Sequence record: OZ035760.1
DNA: 64,000 bases
Direction: 5' to 3' (one strand)
From: Tequatrovirus NIC06P2
Shown here: positions 9,820-18,526 of the stretch, piece by piece
How the letters are laid out: each line of letters starts with the position of its first letter
How positions within the stretch are numbered: position 1 is the first letter of the stretch
Made by a program: the position numbers and the translations under genes
Notes under the pieces: generated by a model
Told to the model about the DNA's origin: nothing
What the model saw: only the letters and a program-made list of their open reading frames with translations
Database searches by the model: none

Positions 9820-10023
9820 TTAATTCATATTACGCTTAATAACTTCAGCAACTTCTAGTAATTCATCTTTAGTTGCGGTGTCGGATTGAATTTTATCTCT
9901 AATATCCTTAAAGCGGTTTTTAAATTCTTCGGCTTCTCCCATATCGAAAAAGCGTTGAATGATTCTATATTCTCGATGAACTGCTTTATCAAAAAGTTCT
10001 AAATTTACTTTATATGATTTCAT
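9820..10023 (-). CDS. rIIA.1-like small protein
   Basis: 67-aa ORF between topoisomerase gene and rIIA, the position of T4 rIIA.1. Confidence 0.65.
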   Translation of the reverse strand: MKSYKVNLELFDKAVHREYRIIQRFFDMGEAEEFKNRFKDIRDKIQSDTATKDELLEVAEVIKRNMN

Positions 10024-10047
10024 TTCAATATCCTCATTTGCCCAATT

Positions 10048-10078
10048 AATTATACCACATCCTTGTGGTAAAGTAAAC
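10048..10078 (-). promoter_or_regulatory. T4-type early promoter with consensus -10 (GTTTAC-N17-TGTGGTATAAT) for rIIA.1-rIIA-rIIB
   Basis: reverse complement GTTTACTTTACCACAAGGATGTGGTATAAT; near-identical copy at 55857..55887. Confidence 0.7.
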
Positions 10079-11895
10079 TACTGGCTCATCCATTCTTTAC
10101 GAAGGTCAGCGTTATCTCCCATGAGCATTTCAAAAAGCTCTTTCCAATTCTCAGGAAGTTTAACAACATCATATACTGGATTTTGAATCATCTCACGATA
10201 TTCAGATTTTTCCAAAGAGCCAAGTCCTTTAATATAACGGATGCTATGTTTAGGTAGAGCATCTTTGGCACTCTCATATTCAGCGACTGTATAAAACCAT
10301 TCTTGTTTTTTACCGACCTGAGCGATGATTACAGGAGTTTTGACAAAGCGAATTCGTCCTTGCTCAAACAATTCTGGCCAATTACTAAAAAATCCGAGCA
10401 GAGAAGGATAAATGCTTCCTAGACCATCATGGTCAGCATCAGTCATAATAGCAATATTATGATAATTCAAGTTTTCAGCTTTTTCACCGAGAACTAATCC
10501 AGTGATTGCGCAAATATCAAATAGTTCTTTGTTTTTAAGCATATCAGCATATGACATACCCCAACTGTTGAGAACTTTACCACGTAATGGATAACCACCG
10601 TGAAGTTCTTTATCACGAACATCAATAAGATATCCGATAGCCGAATCACCCTCAGTCAAGAAAAGAGTAGTATCAGCATCTTTACCACAAAGATTCGCTT
10701 TAATATGTTTATGAACCTTAGCTTTAGAAGCCTTTTTAGCTGCTTTAGTTTCTGCTGCTTTTTCTGCCGCTAATTTACGAGCCAAAGCAGCTTCAATAAT
10801 CGGCATTAGAATTGCTTCATTATTTAGAATAGCACGTGAAATCTTTTTAGCATCAAGCTGAATATGACTACGGATTTCACCAAATGGAGAAGTCAAGCGC
10901 TCTTTAGTTTGAGAATCAAATCGCATGTTTTTCATATCACGAACAAACATAACGATAGTCAAACATTCTTTAACACGTGCTTTAGTTACATCAATTTTGA
11001 ACTTACGTTTGATTTGTGGAATAAGGTCTTCACAAATATCATCCATAACACAGTCAATGTGATGGCCACCATTCTTAGTGTGGATGTTATTGACGTATGT
11101 TAATTGACGAAAACCATCCGGTGAACGACCAACCGCAATAGAACAATTTTCTTGTTCTTGAACAATAGCATGCTCATCATATTGGCGTGCATATTTCTTA
11201 AAATTGCCCTGAACCTTTTTACCATTAAAGGTAAATTGAATATCAGGATAAACAACAGCAAGTGTCTGGAGACGATCTAGTGTAATGTCAAGATAAACTT
11301 GGGACAGCTCATTAGTTTCAAATGACATAAAATCAGGAATGAAAGTAACACGAGTTCCTTTCCATTTTCCAGGAATATCTTCCCATGATTTATTTTCCAT
11401 GCCGTTTGAACAACGAACTACAATATTATTTTGACCATCACCAGTTTCACCGACAAACATCACAGAAAAAATGTTTGTCAAACTAGAACCAACACCATTC
11501 ATACCACCGGTGACGCGCTCTTTATCATCACCGAAGTTACCACCTGCTTTTGGAATAGTCCACGCAGCAACAGGTCCAGGAATTTCTTCACCGGTAGGTG
11601 TTTTAACCATCGCTTGTGGAATACCGCGACCGTTATCTTCAACTGTTACTTGATTGTTTTTAATAGTAACATTAATTTTATTTGCGAATTTAAACTTAGT
11701 ACGAATACCTTCATCTACTGAGTTATCGATAATTTCATCAATAAGCTTAACAAGACCAGGTACATACTGAACACTTTCCCATTTACCAAACAGAAAGCGC
11801 TCATGCATTTCATTAGCAGAAGAGCCAATGTACATGCCGCTACGCTTTTTGATATGTTCAATATCGCTCAGAATTTTAATTTCATTCTTAATCAT
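10078..11895 (-). CDS. 39: DNA topoisomerase II large subunit (GyrB-like), single uninterrupted gene
   Basis: 605 aa from ATG at 11895 (the ORF track starts at an upstream GTG); MIKNEIKILSDIEHIKKRSGMYIGSSANEMHERFLFGKWESVQYVPGLVKLIDEIIDNSVDEG; corresponds to T4 gp39 plus gp60 in one frame. Confidence 0.93.
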   Translation of the reverse strand: MIKNEIKILSDIEHIKKRSGMYIGSSANEMHERFLFGKWESVQYVPGLVKLIDEIIDNSVDEGIRTKFKFANKINVTIKNNQVTVEDNGRGIPQAMVKTPTGEEIPGPVAAWTIPKAGGNFGDDKERVTGGMNGVGSSLTNIFSVMFVGETGDGQNNIVVRCSNGMENKSWEDIPGKWKGTRVTFIPDFMSFETNELSQVYLDITLDRLQTLAVVYPDIQFTFNGKKVQGNFKKYARQYDEHAIVQEQENCSIAVGRSPDGFRQLTYVNNIHTKNGGHHIDCVMDDICEDLIPQIKRKFKIDVTKARVKECLTIVMFVRDMKNMRFDSQTKERLTSPFGEIRSHIQLDAKKISRAILNNEAILMPIIEAALARKLAAEKAAETKAAKKASKAKVHKHIKANLCGKDADTTLFLTEGDSAIGYLIDVRDKELHGGYPLRGKVLNSWGMSYADMLKNKELFDICAITGLVLGEKAENLNYHNIAIMTDADHDGLGSIYPSLLGFFSNWPELFEQGRIRFVKTPVIIAQVGKKQEWFYTVAEYESAKDALPKHSIRYIKGLGSLEKSEYREMIQNPVYDVVKLPENWKELFEMLMGDNADLRKEWMSQ

Positions 11896-11964
11896 CACTT
11901 ATCCTCGTTTGGTTTCGGGAATATTATACTCCGGTAATCATAAAGCTAAAGGCCCGAAGGCCTT

Positions 11965-12234
11965 TTATTTAAAACGAATAGTTGAATCCTTAAAGAACAG
12001 CCCAGAACATACTGTTCCTTCTACTTTCTGCCCAGTAGGTCCAATAGCACGAAATCCAGTATGTTGGAAATCATTTTCAGAGCAACCGAACCAATTATAT
12101 CCAGTGATTTCAATATTAGTAAAACCACTTGAAGACAAAACTTTGGTTGCATTATCAGCATCAGTACATCCTATTAAAGACACTGCTAATACTAATGCTG
12201 CGATAGAACGATTAACATATTTCATAATTTTCAC
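11965..12234 (-). CDS. putative lipoprotein (89 aa)
   Basis: signal peptide with lipobox-like LIGC: MKIMKYVNRSIAALVLAVSLIGCTDADN. Confidence 0.6.
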   Translation of the reverse strand: MKIMKYVNRSIAALVLAVSLIGCTDADNATKVLSSSGFTNIEITGYNWFGCSENDFQHTGFRAIGPTGQKVEGTVCSGLFFKDSTIRFK

Positions 12235-12602
12235 TTAAATTTAATGGCTTGAAGGAGACTAATAATTCTTAAACGGCTTCTTTCATCTTTAACTGTAAAA
12301 GAAAGAGGATCGCCAGATTTCATAGTGATAGTGCATTCAAAATCAAAATCTTCGGAAACTTCTTTGAAGAAGTCAAATTCTTCATCATAAATTAGAACAT
12401 TACTCTGACAACTATGAAGAATTTTTCCATCATTTCCAGATGCTGTACTAATCATTGTAACATTATGACCTTTCATATCTTCAACGATAAATTCACTAGT
12501 CAATATTACAGCATTAATAGAACTATTCCTATTACTAGCAGAAAGTAGATATTTCTGTTCTTCACCTTCACGAATGCAATATTTCTTACCGATTTTAAAC
12601 AT
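12231..12602 (-). CDS. hypothetical protein (123 aa)
   Basis: ORF in track; ATG overlaps stop of upstream zinc-ribbon ORF. Confidence 0.55.
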   Translation of the reverse strand: MFKIGKKYCIREGEEQKYLLSASNRNSSINAVILTSEFIVEDMKGHNVTMISTASGNDGKILHSCQSNVLIYDEEFDFFKEVSEDFDFECTITMKSGDPLSFTVKDERSRLRIISLLQAIKFK

Positions 12603-12604
12603 AA

Positions 12605-12781
12605 TTACCCTTTAAGTAAGTCGTAAAAACCACCATTCACATGCTTAGGAGCAGAAGGCCGACGAGTAGACAAACGATGACATTTAGGGCAAACATCATT
12701 TTCTCGTTCAGAAATCTTTTTAATTTTTTCATATTCATGCCCGCAATCTTCGGATTGGCATTTATAATCATACATTGGCAT
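12605..12781 (-). CDS. small zinc-ribbon protein (58 aa), FmdB-like
   Basis: MPMYDYKCQSEDCGHEYEKIKKISERENDVCPKCHRLSTRRPSAPKHVNGGFYDLLKG; two CxxC pairs; not in ORF track. Confidence 0.5.
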   Translation of the reverse strand: MPMYDYKCQSEDCGHEYEKIKKISERENDVCPKCHRLSTRRPSAPKHVNGGFYDLLKG

Positions 12782-12783
12782 AA

Positions 12784-13209
12784 TTATTCCTTAAAATGAG
12801 CTTTCAGCATTTGATACAAAGACCATGCCTGTTCATTATTTTCAATAGTAACTTTCATGACTGGGAATTCTGTGAAATCTTCTATTTGTTCTTGCTCTTT
12901 CTCTTCCTGCTCTTGCTCTTCAGCTGCCTGGTATGGATTTTCAACTTCATCAAAGAATTCAGCTTCGCTAGTAGAAAGCCAAATAAAATCTTCATCCAAA
13001 ATATCTTTACCGGAGGATAATGCCAATCTTCCAGTAGATGTCACAATTTTAGTAGGACGACCAAGATAGTCAATATCTATAACTTTAAAAGGTTCCATAC
13101 CTAAACGTCGTGCATAAATTCCGTTTTCAGTGTGGTCTTTAATAAAAGCTTCTTGAGCTTGTTTATTTTTAAATTGATACCATTTATTAACTTCAAATTT
13201 AATAGCCAT
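12784..13209 (-). CDS. hypothetical protein with acidic EQEQEE tract (141 aa)
   Basis: ORF in track; low-complexity acidic segment [14 protein letters not shown]. Confidence 0.55.
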   Translation of the reverse strand: MAIKFEVNKWYQFKNKQAQEAFIKDHTENGIYARRLGMEPFKVIDIDYLGRPTKIVTSTGRLALSSGKDILDEDFIWLSTSEAEFFDEVENPYQAAEEQEQEEKEQEQIEDFTEFPVMKVTIENNEQAWSLYQMLKAHFKE

Positions 13210-13424
13210 TAATAAATTTCCTTCCAGTAAGTTGTACCGTCTTCAGTGATTTCACGGAATACACCGTAAATCGGTTGTTTATCACCAACCTTTTCATACA
13301 CATAAACCGAAGTCAAGTGAATAAACTTGATGGTGTGTTCCTTTTGAACTACTACCAAATCTGGATCAAATAATACATCTTCAAATTCGTCATTAGTGCA
13401 ATTCTGAACAATTTTACGTTTCAT
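13209..13424 (-). CDS. hypothetical protein (71 aa); size and position compatible with T4 cef
   Basis: ORF in track; assignment by size and position only. Confidence 0.45.
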   Translation of the reverse strand: MKRKIVQNCTNDEFEDVLFDPDLVVVQKEHTIKFIHLTSVYVYEKVGDKQPIYGVFREITEDGTTYWKEIY

Positions 13425-13437
13425 TACAATTTCCTCA

Positions 13438-13719
13438 TTAATTGAACAGTGGAGCGATGCGTTTCAGAAGAGTAGCAGCACCTTTAGCGAATTTTACATC
13501 ATGAAAAACAGTTTCTTCTTCCGTTACAACACGAGCTTTAATGTTTTCACAATCCCAATTTTTGCGAACAATCTTCAAAAGCTGCAGTAAATCTTTACAT
13601 TCAGCAATATCGATAACACATCCACGAGAATCTTCCATTATAGCACGATAACCGTAAGCCATACCATAATCGTTGAAAGATTGCTCGATGATAATTAAGT
13701 TTTCCATTTTATTCTCCAA
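13438..13719 (-). CDS. hypothetical protein (93 aa)
   Basis: ORF in track. Confidence 0.5.
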   Translation of the reverse strand: MENKMENLIIIEQSFNDYGMAYGYRAIMEDSRGCVIDIAECKDLLQLLKIVRKNWDCENIKARVVTEEETVFHDVKFAKGAATLLKRIAPLFN

Positions 13720-13731
13720 GTTGTTTTCTGT

Positions 13732-13774
13732 ATCAGTAGTTGATATTGATATAGTACCATAATCAACTACTGAT
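13732..13774. repeat. perfect 13-bp inverted repeat (ATCAGTAGTTGAT / ATCAACTACTGAT) with 17-nt loop containing a promoter-leader-like TATAGTACC
   Basis: read directly; arms are exact reverse complements. Confidence 0.7.
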
Positions 13775-13803
13775 GTATATAGTTTTATGAAAAAATTTAA
13801 ACT

Positions 13804-14295
13804 TTATGCATAGCGAGCTTTGCTGTAGTGTTTAATCCAACTTTCAGGAATGACTTTGTATGTTCCTAAAAATACCACATTGTACAGCTTAACACCATCT
13901 TCTACCCATTGATCAGTAATGTATGCACACATAGCGCGAGTACGCTGAGGAAGTGGTTGTCCACCTTCGGTAAATTCAAACTCATAAGGAGCAATGAACT
14001 TGATAGCTTGACCAAGTTTCCACTTAAAGTCTACACCTACATGTGAAGTATCAATCGTTTCAATTCCTTTAGCAGGAACAGCTTTCAAAAACGCAGATTC
14101 AAGAAATTTCGCGCGAACATAACCAAACTGAGGTTTAGACTTTCCATCTTTAGGAATGATACGCACTTTTACTTCAGAATCTTCATCTTTAACGCCGTGT
14201 TTAAGCTGAATGCTTACAATTTCGACCAATTTTCCTGCTGCTTTAGAACGGGATTTATCAGATACACGAGCAATTTCACCAATATTAATAATCAT
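13804..14295 (-). CDS. hypothetical protein (163 aa), MotB-position; paralog of 14372..14914
   Basis: ORF in track; C-terminal motif ITDQWVEDGVKLYNVVFLGTYKVIPES shared with next ORF. Confidence 0.6.
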   Translation of the reverse strand: MIINIGEIARVSDKSRSKAAGKLVEIVSIQLKHGVKDEDSEVKVRIIPKDGKSKPQFGYVRAKFLESAFLKAVPAKGIETIDTSHVGVDFKWKLGQAIKFIAPYEFEFTEGGQPLPQRTRAMCAYITDQWVEDGVKLYNVVFLGTYKVIPESWIKHYSKARYA

Positions 14296-14339
14296 AGTTA
14301 TTTCTCACTTGTTAAAAAGATTTTATACTCCGCGGGACC

Positions 14340-14369
14340 ATTATACTCTGGTCCCAAGAGTTTGTAAAC
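14340..14369 (-). promoter_or_regulatory. T4-type early promoter (GTTTACA-N17-TATAAT)
   Basis: reverse complement AGTTTACAAACTCTTGGGACCAGAGTATAATGGTCCCGCGGAGTATAAAA; also contains inverted repeat GGGACCA/TGGTCCC. Confidence 0.6.
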
Positions 14370-14371
14370 TA

Positions 14372-14914
14372 TTAATTCAAAATAGCTACCACTGCACTAC
14401 GAGGTACTACGCTAAAATCACCTGCATGAACAACGTTCAGAAGTTCAACACCATCTTCAATCCATTGGTCTGTTACCCAACCACAGACCGAAATAAATGG
14501 AGTCTTGATAGCTACCGCATGAGTTAGAAGGTCGGTAGGGTCTTGTTCTTCAACTTCTTGGAACAGGATGAACTCATCTTCATAAACCAGGTTTTTCTTT
14601 ATTTTGTTATTATCTAACCGGCGACCGTGGATGACGTAAGATTTGTCAAACCACTCACTTTTGGCAAATTCTTCAACAATAAATTCGCCTTCGCCAAAAA
14701 CATCAGTCAGAGTTTTATGACCGGAAATCAAGGCATTAGTTTTAATTTTAGGTTCAACCAGTTTGTAGGTTTTGCCGATTTCAATAGCGGTAGTCATAGT
14801 AGGTTCCTTAATTTCCAGCGGTTTAACAGGGCATACATAAGTGCTTACAACATCAAAATCAATCAGTTTAGCTACCGGATTTGGTATGTATTCAGGATTA
14901 TAATTAAATTTCAT
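14372..14914 (-). CDS. hypothetical protein (180 aa), paralog of 13804..14295
   Basis: C-terminal VTDQWIEDGVELLNVVHAGDFSVVPRS matches preceding ORF. Confidence 0.55.
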   Translation of the reverse strand: MKFNYNPEYIPNPVAKLIDFDVVSTYVCPVKPLEIKEPTMTTAIEIGKTYKLVEPKIKTNALISGHKTLTDVFGEGEFIVEEFAKSEWFDKSYVIHGRRLDNNKIKKNLVYEDEFILFQEVEEQDPTDLLTHAVAIKTPFISVCGWVTDQWIEDGVELLNVVHAGDFSVVPRSAVVAILN

Positions 14915-14916
14915 AA

Positions 14917-15456
14917 TTATCTCATTTCAATAAAATCTACGAGTTCAGCATGCGATTTGCGGAACATTACTTGGTGCCCGCCAATGATAACTTGGTCATC
15001 TGGCACTTCGTATACAGCAAGATAAAATCCTTTAGAAGCTAATTCTTCACGCTCTTCTCGTGTGAACCATCTCATCATATCATATTCACTAGCGAAAGCA
15101 AAATGATAAAGACCTATAAACCATCCGGGAATATGATATTCTACTCCAACATAATCTTTCTTGAACTTAGTATTAATTACTATATTAGCGTTTTTAACTA
15201 ATAGTTTATCTTCGTGTGGTAAAGGAATTCTTTTATTATTATCGCTATGATGCATAAAATTAGGTCTGTCATAACCTACGTGTAATAGCCACTCTTCGCT
15301 CCATGAATCTATTATACTCCTATACGGCGTTATTTGAACACAAAGATTTCGACGTATTGTTATAGCATCTTCATAATCAAGAATACTAAACGATGATTCA
15401 ACACGATAAATTTTCATTTTATTATCCTCAGTAGCTATGGTGTTATAATACCACAA
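14917..15456 (-). CDS. hypothetical protein (179 aa)
   Basis: ORF in track. Confidence 0.55.
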   Translation of the reverse strand: MWYYNTIATEDNKMKIYRVESSFSILDYEDAITIRRNLCVQITPYRSIIDSWSEEWLLHVGYDRPNFMHHSDNNKRIPLPHEDKLLVKNANIVINTKFKKDYVGVEYHIPGWFIGLYHFAFASEYDMMRWFTREEREELASKGFYLAVYEVPDDQVIIGGHQVMFRKSHAELVDFIEMR

Positions 15457-15474
15457 CTAACCGAGGAAGTAAAC
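15445..15474 (-). promoter_or_regulatory. T4-type early promoter (GTTTAC-N17-TATTAT)
   Basis: reverse complement GTTGTTTACTTCCTCGGTTAGTTGTGGTATTATAACACC. Confidence 0.55.
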
Positions 15475-15480
15475 AACTTT

Positions 15481-16164
15481 TTATCGTTTTGTTGGAAGAG
15501 ACAGAGGATCGCACTCTTCCTCTGATGGAGCATCTTCAAGACCCATAGCGTATCGCAAAGCATACTTCATCATCAGGATGTCTTTCGCACAGTCATGAAT
15601 AGAATTATGCGCAACAAATCCATCTAAAGTTCCCTTTGGAAGGGGACACGTTGTCATATCACGAACAAGTAGAAGTGCTTCAATTCTGGTACGAATATCA
15701 CGCTGATTCCAAAATTTACAAGGTTCTAACTTAAATGTATCAAGCTCATTCTCGGAAACGCCGTTAAGACGTTGAATATCGCGAATGAGATCGACTAAAA
15801 TTGGAAAATCAAACGACATTCCACGGCACCAGCCTTGAGATTTCCAAGGATCGATATTATGCGCATTGATGTAATCATTAAATTTTGCAATACCATCGAT
15901 AGTGCTTACATCTTCATCTGATGGCGCAATATTTTTTCGAGCTTCAGGAGATTGATTCTTCCACCATTCGATAGTGCTTTTAGTAAAAAGACGATGTCCT
16001 TTTTGGCTTTTTAAATCAAATTTGATTTTAATGCCACGTGAAACTAATTCATCAAATGTTTCAACGACTTCTGGATTAGGGTCAAAAGCAATTACAGCCA
16101 AATCAATAACAGCTGCTTTTTCACCGCTTCCCATTGTTTCAAAATCTATAATAAAATCAAACAT
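15481..16164 (-). CDS. dexA: exonuclease A (DEDD-type 3'-5' exonuclease)
   Basis: 227 aa as T4 DexA; MFDFIIDFETMGSGEKAAVIDLAVIAF has the DxE exonuclease motif. Confidence 0.85.
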   Translation of the reverse strand: MFDFIIDFETMGSGEKAAVIDLAVIAFDPNPEVVETFDELVSRGIKIKFDLKSQKGHRLFTKSTIEWWKNQSPEARKNIAPSDEDVSTIDGIAKFNDYINAHNIDPWKSQGWCRGMSFDFPILVDLIRDIQRLNGVSENELDTFKLEPCKFWNQRDIRTRIEALLLVRDMTTCPLPKGTLDGFVAHNSIHDCAKDILMMKYALRYAMGLEDAPSEEECDPLSLPTKR

Positions 16165-16439
16165 TAAATTTTCCTTGCTAAATCGCGAATTTGACCTACA
16201 GTATAATCTTGGATATAAACTTTATTAATAGGCTCATCAATAAATTTTGCCATAGATTCAATATCTTTTTGTATCTCTTCAAGACTGTATACTATCTTTA
16301 AAGCTTTTTCGCGAATAGTAATATTTTCAGGACTAGAATTTTCCTCAATGACAGCTTTAACATTTGTCATAAGAGATTTAAACTGATGCAAACTTAATTC
16401 AATCATTAATAACCGCCTTATAAAGATGGCTAATTTCAC
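16164..16439 (-). CDS. hypothetical protein (91 aa)
   Basis: ORF in track; C-terminus resembles next ORF. Confidence 0.45.
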   Translation of the reverse strand: MKLAIFIRRLLMIELSLHQFKSLMTNVKAVIEENSSPENITIREKALKIVYSLEEIQKDIESMAKFIDEPINKVYIQDYTVGQIRDLARKI

Positions 16440-16659
16440 CTAAAACATAATCACTGATTGTAACAGTTTTTACTTCACCACAAAAGAATTCTAACGCAAT
16501 TAAATCTCGTTCAATTTCTTCTAATTGAAGCATTAACTTGCCTGATTCAGTTTTCACGTTTTTGCGATTTTTACTATAAGCCAATTCATAAATTTCATTT
16601 ACTTTATCTTGAAGAAGATAAAACTGATCTTTAGTTATTTCCACGAATAGATTCCTCAA
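16399..16659 (-). CDS. hypothetical protein (86 aa)
   Basis: ORF in track; C-terminal ISDYVLGEISHLYKAV resembles IQDYTVGQIRDLARKI of the neighbour. Confidence 0.45.
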   Translation of the reverse strand: MRNLFVEITKDQFYLLQDKVNEIYELAYSKNRKNVKTESGKLMLQLEEIERDLIALEFFCGEVKTVTISDYVLGEISHLYKAVIND

Positions 16660-16891
16660 ATTTAATTAGTAATTTACAGACACTTTCATCTAGTGTAATT
16701 ACCGTATCTGTATTACTGTGATATGATTGTTTTTCAATTCGTTTAATTGCTAATATAGTATCACTTATAAGATAAAGCTTATGAAGGAGCTCAGCTCCTG
16801 TTACCATAACATCGAGATTATCTTGCTTATTAGTATGCTTCCTTATACCATCTATTAGACGATTTAAATATTTTGAATTGATGTTAATCAT
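16631..16891 (-). CDS. hypothetical protein (86 aa)
   Basis: ORF in track. Confidence 0.45.
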   Translation of the reverse strand: MININSKYLNRLIDGIRKHTNKQDNLDVMVTGAELLHKLYLISDTILAIKRIEKQSYHSNTDTVITLDESVCKLLIKFEESIRGNN

Positions 16892-16897
16892 ATAGCC

Positions 16898-18217
16898 TCA
16901 CACATAAAACACATCATAACGACCACGGGTAACACCAACATAAAGAAGTTGTTGAGCTAATTCAGCATCTGCATAATGAATACAAGGCGTATAAATGAAA
17001 GCACGGTCTACAGACATACCCTGAGCTTTATGGAATGTTGATGCAGGAAGTGCTTTCACTTTACTAAACTGTGATTTAGCATCCCAAAAATCACTCCACG
17101 GAGCTTTTCCGCCTTTATTCCAATTTTTATAAGTTTCTGCCGTTTTACCTAAAAATAAGTTAAACTTATACAGCTCTTCATCAGATGAAATTATTTTAAT
17201 CTTTTCACGATAATATTCATCATCGCCGTAAGTTTCTACTGTCAAATCCCAATGACGAATTAGATATTCTCCAGAAACACCACGAGCTTTAACAAAGGTT
17301 GATGTATACTCTGCTTCTATAATACGAACTAATTGTCCGTTATTAAAAATAATTTCTGACACAGGCTTTCCATCAATTTTATATGTTTTAATTAATGGTT
17401 CCTGCATTACAATAATTTCGCCGACAATAAAATCTTTATCAGTTTCAAAAATCTTTTTGCGAATAATATTGTTTAACTTATCAACAGATTTATTCGTAAA
17501 TGCCATTACGCGATTTTCAAACAAATCATCTAGTGATTTGACGATTGAAAAATAATTTACCATAAAATCGCGTAAAGCGGTATCACCAGTAAATCCACGT
17601 ACTCCATGCCCGTCAACAACTTTATCATAAATCCACTTACCGTTGCGAACATCAGTAGCTACATCAATAATAGGAGCATTACTGCGTTTAACTTCAGTAA
17701 GTTCACACTGATAAAAATCTTTGTGTGTAAAGAATGGACTGATATAAGCAGTATTTTCTCCTGGATCAACAGGTCTAATTTGCTTATTATCACCTATTCC
17801 AATTATAGTACACCAAGGTGGAATAGTTGAAAGCAGAATTTTAAATAGCTTTCTATCATACATTGACACTTCGTCGCAGATTAATACCCTGCATTTAGCT
17901 AAATCTGGTACTTCCTTCTGTTCAAAAAGAACGTTTTCTTCATACGTAACTGGGTTAATTTTAAGAATACTGTGAATAGTACTCGCTTCTTTCCCTGACA
18001 GTTTTGAAAGAATCTTTTTAGCTGCATGAGTAGGAGCTGCTAAAATAATACCAGTTTCACCCGTAGATATTAAAGCTTCAATGATGAACTTAGTAAGAGT
18101 AGTCTTACCAGTACCAGCAGGTCCATTAATAGTTACATGATGTTTCTTTTCTTTAATAGCCCTCATAACGATGTTAAAGGCATTTTTCTGGCCTTCTGTC
18201 AAATCATCAAATGTCAT
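16898..18217 (-). CDS. dda: Dda DNA helicase (SF1)
   Basis: 439 aa as T4 Dda; Walker A GPAGTGKTT in MTFDDLTEGQKNAFNIVMRAIKEKKHHVTINGPAGTGKTTL. Confidence 0.92.
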   Translation of the reverse strand: MTFDDLTEGQKNAFNIVMRAIKEKKHHVTINGPAGTGKTTLTKFIIEALISTGETGIILAAPTHAAKKILSKLSGKEASTIHSILKINPVTYEENVLFEQKEVPDLAKCRVLICDEVSMYDRKLFKILLSTIPPWCTIIGIGDNKQIRPVDPGENTAYISPFFTHKDFYQCELTEVKRSNAPIIDVATDVRNGKWIYDKVVDGHGVRGFTGDTALRDFMVNYFSIVKSLDDLFENRVMAFTNKSVDKLNNIIRKKIFETDKDFIVGEIIVMQEPLIKTYKIDGKPVSEIIFNNGQLVRIIEAEYTSTFVKARGVSGEYLIRHWDLTVETYGDDEYYREKIKIISSDEELYKFNLFLGKTAETYKNWNKGGKAPWSDFWDAKSQFSKVKALPASTFHKAQGMSVDRAFIYTPCIHYADAELAQQLLYVGVTRGRYDVFYV

Positions 18218-18525
18218 CGTAAATTCCCTGCAATTGGTATACTAACAATACGCCCAGTATCTAAAATTCGCTGATATAATCTTTGTGTGTCTACGTCAGG
18301 CTTAACATGTTTAACTTCTATTTTATTAAACCAAAATTTACGTGGAGTCTCAACTAATCTTGGAATTCCCTTACCTAAAGCTAGTTGATACTGCTCTTTA
18401 AGAGTGGTAAATACTTTATCAGCAATCTTCCATTCAAAAAATACAGCAGGACGATGTTCATCAAGCGGAACTGGCGCAGTAAATCCGTCTTTGTCTCGGT
18501 AAACTATCGCGTATACATAAACCAT
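18214..18525 (-). CDS. hypothetical protein (103 aa), dda.1 position
   Basis: ORF in track; ATGA overlap with dda. Confidence 0.55.
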   Translation of the reverse strand: MVYVYAIVYRDKDGFTAPVPLDEHRPAVFFEWKIADKVFTTLKEQYQLALGKGIPRLVETPRKFWFNKIEVKHVKPDVDTQRLYQRILDTGRIVSIPIAGNLR

Positions 18526-18526
18526 A

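Noticed and set aside
9610-9858. Plus-strand 82-aa ORF spanning the rIIA start and rIIA.1
   Set aside because: Antisense to two supported genes and no ribosome-binding site; the same applies to other plus-strand track ORFs inside minus-strand genes (for example 11431..11721, 14627..15025, 25150..25525, 37964..38380).
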